10,728 nucleotides of DNA from the NCBI GenBank assembly GCA_964010765.1, contig CAXGMD010000096.1:1-10728 (forward strand). Reading direction: 5' to 3'. The notes under the pieces are model-generated. The model was not told where the DNA came from. It worked only from the letters and a program-made list of their open reading frames with translations, and searched no databases. Shown here piece by piece: positions 8,187 through 10,728 of this stretch (position 1 is the first letter of the stretch; each line of letters begins with the position of its first letter). A program made the translations under genes and the position numbers. Source of the DNA: an uncultured bacterium. GTDB taxonomy: Bacteria; SAR324; NAC60-12.

Positions 8187-8213
8187 GATGGTGACCATTG
8201 ATCGTATTGTCAA
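8185..8213 (-). promoter_or_regulatory. Putative sigma70 promoter for the lacI-aglEFG-amylosucrase operon
   Basis: Minus strand: perfect -35 TTGACA (8213-8208), 17-bp spacer, -10 CATCTT (8190-8185, retaining -11A and -7T). An A/T-rich tract lies upstream of the -35. The predicted start site (about 8178) falls inside the operator palindrome. Confidence 0.7.
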
Positions 8214-8414
8214 ACATTTTTTAGAGCTGGGAAAGTCAGGTGATCTACAGACCTAGGTAAAGGCGATTTGGTTTTTATTGTGCAAGGTTGACCAGCGCGG
8301 TCAAAACCCAGTTAAAACCGCAGAATTCCTCAACAGTGGCAACGTGTGAAGGGTAGCGGTAAAAGGTAGTTTTTGCCCAATTTGACCCGACGCCCCAGAC
8401 GAAGTAAAGAGATA

Positions 8415-9305
8415 GTGAACAAGGCCCTTGCCTCCATTTGCTGTTTAGCAAGTCTATTGTTTCTGAGTTACCAAAGTTTGCGGGCAGAAACTTCACTATG
8501 CTTGACTTGGGAGCCTACTTTGGTTTGTCCTGCTTTTGCTGGGGAAGTACTGCCAAGATCTCCTGAACTGATGCAACGTCAGGCCTTATCGCGGTTACAG
8601 GATCGGGAATGGCTGAGTACACCAAGAATGGTATTTTGGCCAGAAAAGTACCCAGATGAGCCAGCTTACTATGTTGAATCGAATGCCGCTAATCAGAACG
8701 AACGATTTTGGTATCACTTTGAGGCTGGTGGTGTCTGGCAACAACTGCATTGGCTGATTTCCCAACCTTTTCTATACAGCGATGCAGAAAGTGGTCGTGG
8801 AGATCTACTAATAGGACTAGGATTACACAGCGATTTTCTACGGGAAAAAATCCATAGCCTTACTCTGGGTGGCGTGCGGTTGCCAACCGCTGACTCAGTG
8901 GTCGAACCGCGAGAATTTAATCAGCTTCTATTCGCTCAAAAACTGTTCTGGCAATTAGAGCCGGAGCAGGTGCTGTACCTCGGTGCTGGCTACATCCAGA
9001 AAGGTGAAGATCAGAAAAATTATGATCCTGGGGATGTGACTAGCTTTGATGTGGGCTTTGTAAGTCCTGTGACAAATCGTGATTTTCAATTGCAGGGCGG
9101 TTTCTTAATGGTCTGGCAATCTTCAGACACATTTCGAGATGCAGGATTGTATTCTAGGGAAAACCGAATAGATCTATTGTTAGGAGCTATCTTCTGGGAA
9201 AGATTACGCTTGGGCCTGCAATGGCCACTGCTGACTGATTCTGAATTTCGTCAACATTTTGACCGGCAACCTCTCGGGGAAGCTGGTTTCCACTTGCGCT
9301 TCTAA
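8415..9305 (+). CDS. Hypothetical exported protein, probable outer-membrane beta-barrel
   Basis: The ORF track gives 8373..9305. GTG 8415, after purine-rich AAAGAGA, gives a signal peptide MNKALASICCLASLLFLSYQSLRA. The C-terminal half has amphipathic aromatic-rich strands (VLYLGAGYIQ, SFDVGFV, FQLQGGFLMVWQ, LRLGLQWP) and ends GEAGFHLRF with a terminal Phe, the typical BAM beta-signal. Confidence 0.65.
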   Translation: MNKALASICCLASLLFLSYQSLRAETSLCLTWEPTLVCPAFAGEVLPRSPELMQRQALSRLQDREWLSTPRMVFWPEKYPDEPAYYVESNAANQNERFWYHFEAGGVWQQLHWLISQPFLYSDAESGRGDLLIGLGLHSDFLREKIHSLTLGGVRLPTADSVVEPREFNQLLFAQKLFWQLEPEQVLYLGAGYIQKGEDQKNYDPGDVTSFDVGFVSPVTNRDFQLQGGFLMVWQSSDTFRDAGLYSRENRIDLLLGAIFWERLRLGLQWPLLTDSEFRQHFDRQPLGEAGFHLRF

Positions 9306-9309
9306 GAAT

Positions 9310-10728
9310 ATGCGGACCTGTTTCTCTCTCCGATGGGCACTGGGATTGGTCATTTTTATGTTGTTGATGGCTTGTACAGAGGAAACACCTCCACCAGCTC
9401 AGCAAGGAGGTACTCTGCAGGCTGAATTACAGTGGCTAACTAGTCGCAGTAACATCAGTAGTCCGTCACAATTGCCAGAAAATGTAGCATTGATTCGAGC
9501 AATTATTAGCGATGCATCAGGTACCATTCTACGGGATCTGGATGGAAAACTACTAGACCGAACTGAGAAACGAGGGCAGGGGTATCTCTGGTTCAGCCGA
9601 TTGTACAGCGGAACAAATCTGACTCTCGAAGTACGTGGCTATGATAACGATTCCCACTTGGTCTATCAGCAGCGTGAGGATGGCATTACTATCCTGCAAA
9701 ATAAAATCACAGATCTTGGCCCGTGGACGATGAAAGAGACCGATACTGTTGCCCCATTTGATACGCGATTGATAGAACTAACAACGAATGAGTATGCGGG
9801 AATTACCAATGTTCAACTTAGTGCGAGAGACAACTGGGGTATATCTTGCTACTACATCTCTACATCGCCAAATCGTCCAGCCTTGCCAACTTCTTCAAAT
9901 CTTTGTTCTGCACCGTGGAAAAATGCTAATGGAGAACGATACTTCAGCACCATAGAGAATGTTGACCTAGGTTTAGATCTAGATCGTGAAATTATCTCTG
10001 CAGTTGAGACCGTTCCAATCTATGTTTGGTTTGTGGATGAGCCGAGACCAGTATCCGAAAGACGAATTTCCTTAGCCCAGCGAATGGATGTAGTGATCAA
10101 TCATGGAGATGATGCTTTGCCTAGCGATCTTACAATCAATACAAGTTGGAGCAATGATCGAAATTCTTCCTATCAGTCTTCCAGTAATAATAACTTACTG
10201 ATCGATTTAAGCGCGGTTGACGACTATGGATTAACTGCTTATTTGCTTAGTGACAATGTCAATGAGCTGACCCCAGCAATAGATGATCCCCACTGGGAGG
10301 CAATTGCTAGATGTCCAGAACAAGCCAACAAAAACTTAGTGTGTGTGACAGAAGATAATCTGTCCTGGAAAGACTATCCTTTGCCACCTAAGGAGTGGGA
10401 AGAGAGAGAGATAGAGTTTGAAAAGCAATCAGGTAATCAGCAATTGCGTTTCTGGGTTCAAGATACTGGGGGCCAAATCCGCTCCTCTAGTTCTCTCACA
10501 ATCAATGGAGGTAATGCTGCCCCTCGTATTCTGAAGGTCGTACTTAATCAAGATGAGCGAACTACAAGTACGAGAAGTGTCCGCTTAGATATCAGTGCAG
10601 TAGATGATCAGAATATTCACAGTTATTACGTTTCACAAAGTACTACTGTGCCAACAAGTTCTAGCAATTGGGCGCCAACCGAGAATAGGCTCTGTGATCC
10701 TACCAAACCGCGTGATCTTACCAAACCA
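9310..10728 (+). CDS. Large lipoprotein with tandem Ig-like repeats, 3'-truncated by the window edge (absent from the ORF track because it has no stop in the window)
   Basis: Translated by hand from ATG 9310: 473 codons with no stop. The N-terminus MRTCFSLRWALGLVIFMLLMA-C is a signal peptide II with lipobox-like LMAC (Cys22, codon 9373), followed by a Pro-rich tether TEETPPPAQQ and then repeated beta-rich modules. Confidence 0.85.
   Translation, partial: MRTCFSLRWALGLVIFMLLMACTEETPPPAQQGGTLQAELQWLTSRSNISSPSQLPENVALIRAIISDASGTILRDLDGKLLDRTEKRGQGYLWFSRLYSGTNLTLEVRGYDNDSHLVYQQREDGITILQNKITDLGPWTMKETDTVAPFDTRLIELTTNEYAGITNVQLSARDNWGISCYYISTSPNRPALPTSSNLCSAPWKNANGERYFSTIENVDLGLDLDREIISAVETVPIYVWFVDEPRPVSERRISLAQRMDVVINHGDDALPSDLTINTSWSNDRNSSYQSSSNNNLLIDLSAVDDYGLTAYLLSDNVNELTPAIDDPHWEAIARCPEQANKNLVCVTEDNLSWKDYPLPPKEWEEREIEFEKQSGNQQLRFWVQDTGGQIRSSSSLTINGGNAAPRILKVVLNQDERTTSTRSVRLDISAVDDQNIHSYYVSQSTTVPTSSSNWAPTENRLCDPTKPRDLTKP
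9742..10728 (+). repeat. Three degenerate protein-level repeats (about 120-135 aa) within the lipoprotein
   Basis: Units begin at about 9742 (DTVAP), 10108 (DDALP) and 10510 (GNAAP). Cores are VQLSARDNWGISCYYIS (Ser at 9820), IDLSAVDDYGLTAYLLS (10210) and LDISAVDDQNIHSYYVS (10594), each followed by P...W. Units 1 and 2 continue with IYVWFVD and LRFWVQD. Confidence 0.8.
10693..10728 (+). repeat. 18-bp in-frame tandem repeat (2 copies visible) at the window edge
   Basis: TGTGATCCTACCAAACCG followed by CGTGATCTTACCAAACCA, 15/18 identical, encoding CDPTKP and RDLTKP. Confidence 0.65.

Noticed and set aside
8281..8365. Possible structured leader RNA or c-di-GMP-I riboswitch (ACCGC...GCGGT pairing and a GGTAGCGG segment upstream of a surface-protein operon)
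   Set aside because: The GNRA-capped P2 stem and the GGCAAA/GACGCAAA core are missing and the pairing has many bulges. An Infernal cmscan against Rfam would settle it; a hit above the gathering threshold would reverse this rejection.
8373..8414. TTG start with an RR-containing extension (MPNLTRRPRRSKEI) as a Tat signal
   Set aside because: It does not match S/T-R-R-x-F-L-K and has no RBS. GTG 8415 gives an ordinary Sec signal, which suits a barrel protein.
5..9405. The many short ORFs in the track (e.g. 5..202, 590..880, 2787..3107, 4588..4920, 6047..6352, 7758..8102, 8275..8496, 9187..9405)
   Set aside because: They overlap well-supported genes on the opposite strand or in another frame and show no recognisable motifs, so they are treated as shadow ORFs.

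Overview
Bacterial chromosomal window with three blocks. (1) Left: a 5'-truncated SAM-dependent O-methyltransferase (+) converging on a small uridine-kinase-like P-loop kinase (-). (2) Middle, all on the minus strand: a LacI-family regulator, an alpha-glucoside ABC transporter (AglE/F/G-like binding protein and two permeases, no ATPase) and an amylosucrase-family GH13 enzyme. A sigma70-like promoter (TTGACA-17-CATCTT) heads this block and is overlapped by a perfect 34-bp palindrome made of two overlapping LacI-type operators. (3) Right, divergent and visibly more AT-rich: a predicted outer-membrane beta-barrel-like protein followed, after a 4-nt gap, by a lipoprotein gene missing from the ORF track (9310 to window end, at least 473 aa) with at least three degenerate Ig-like repeats and a nascent 18-bp tandem repeat at the window edge. 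No rRNA, tRNA, CRISPR or mobile element was seen. All calls come from reading motifs by eye; no searches were run.
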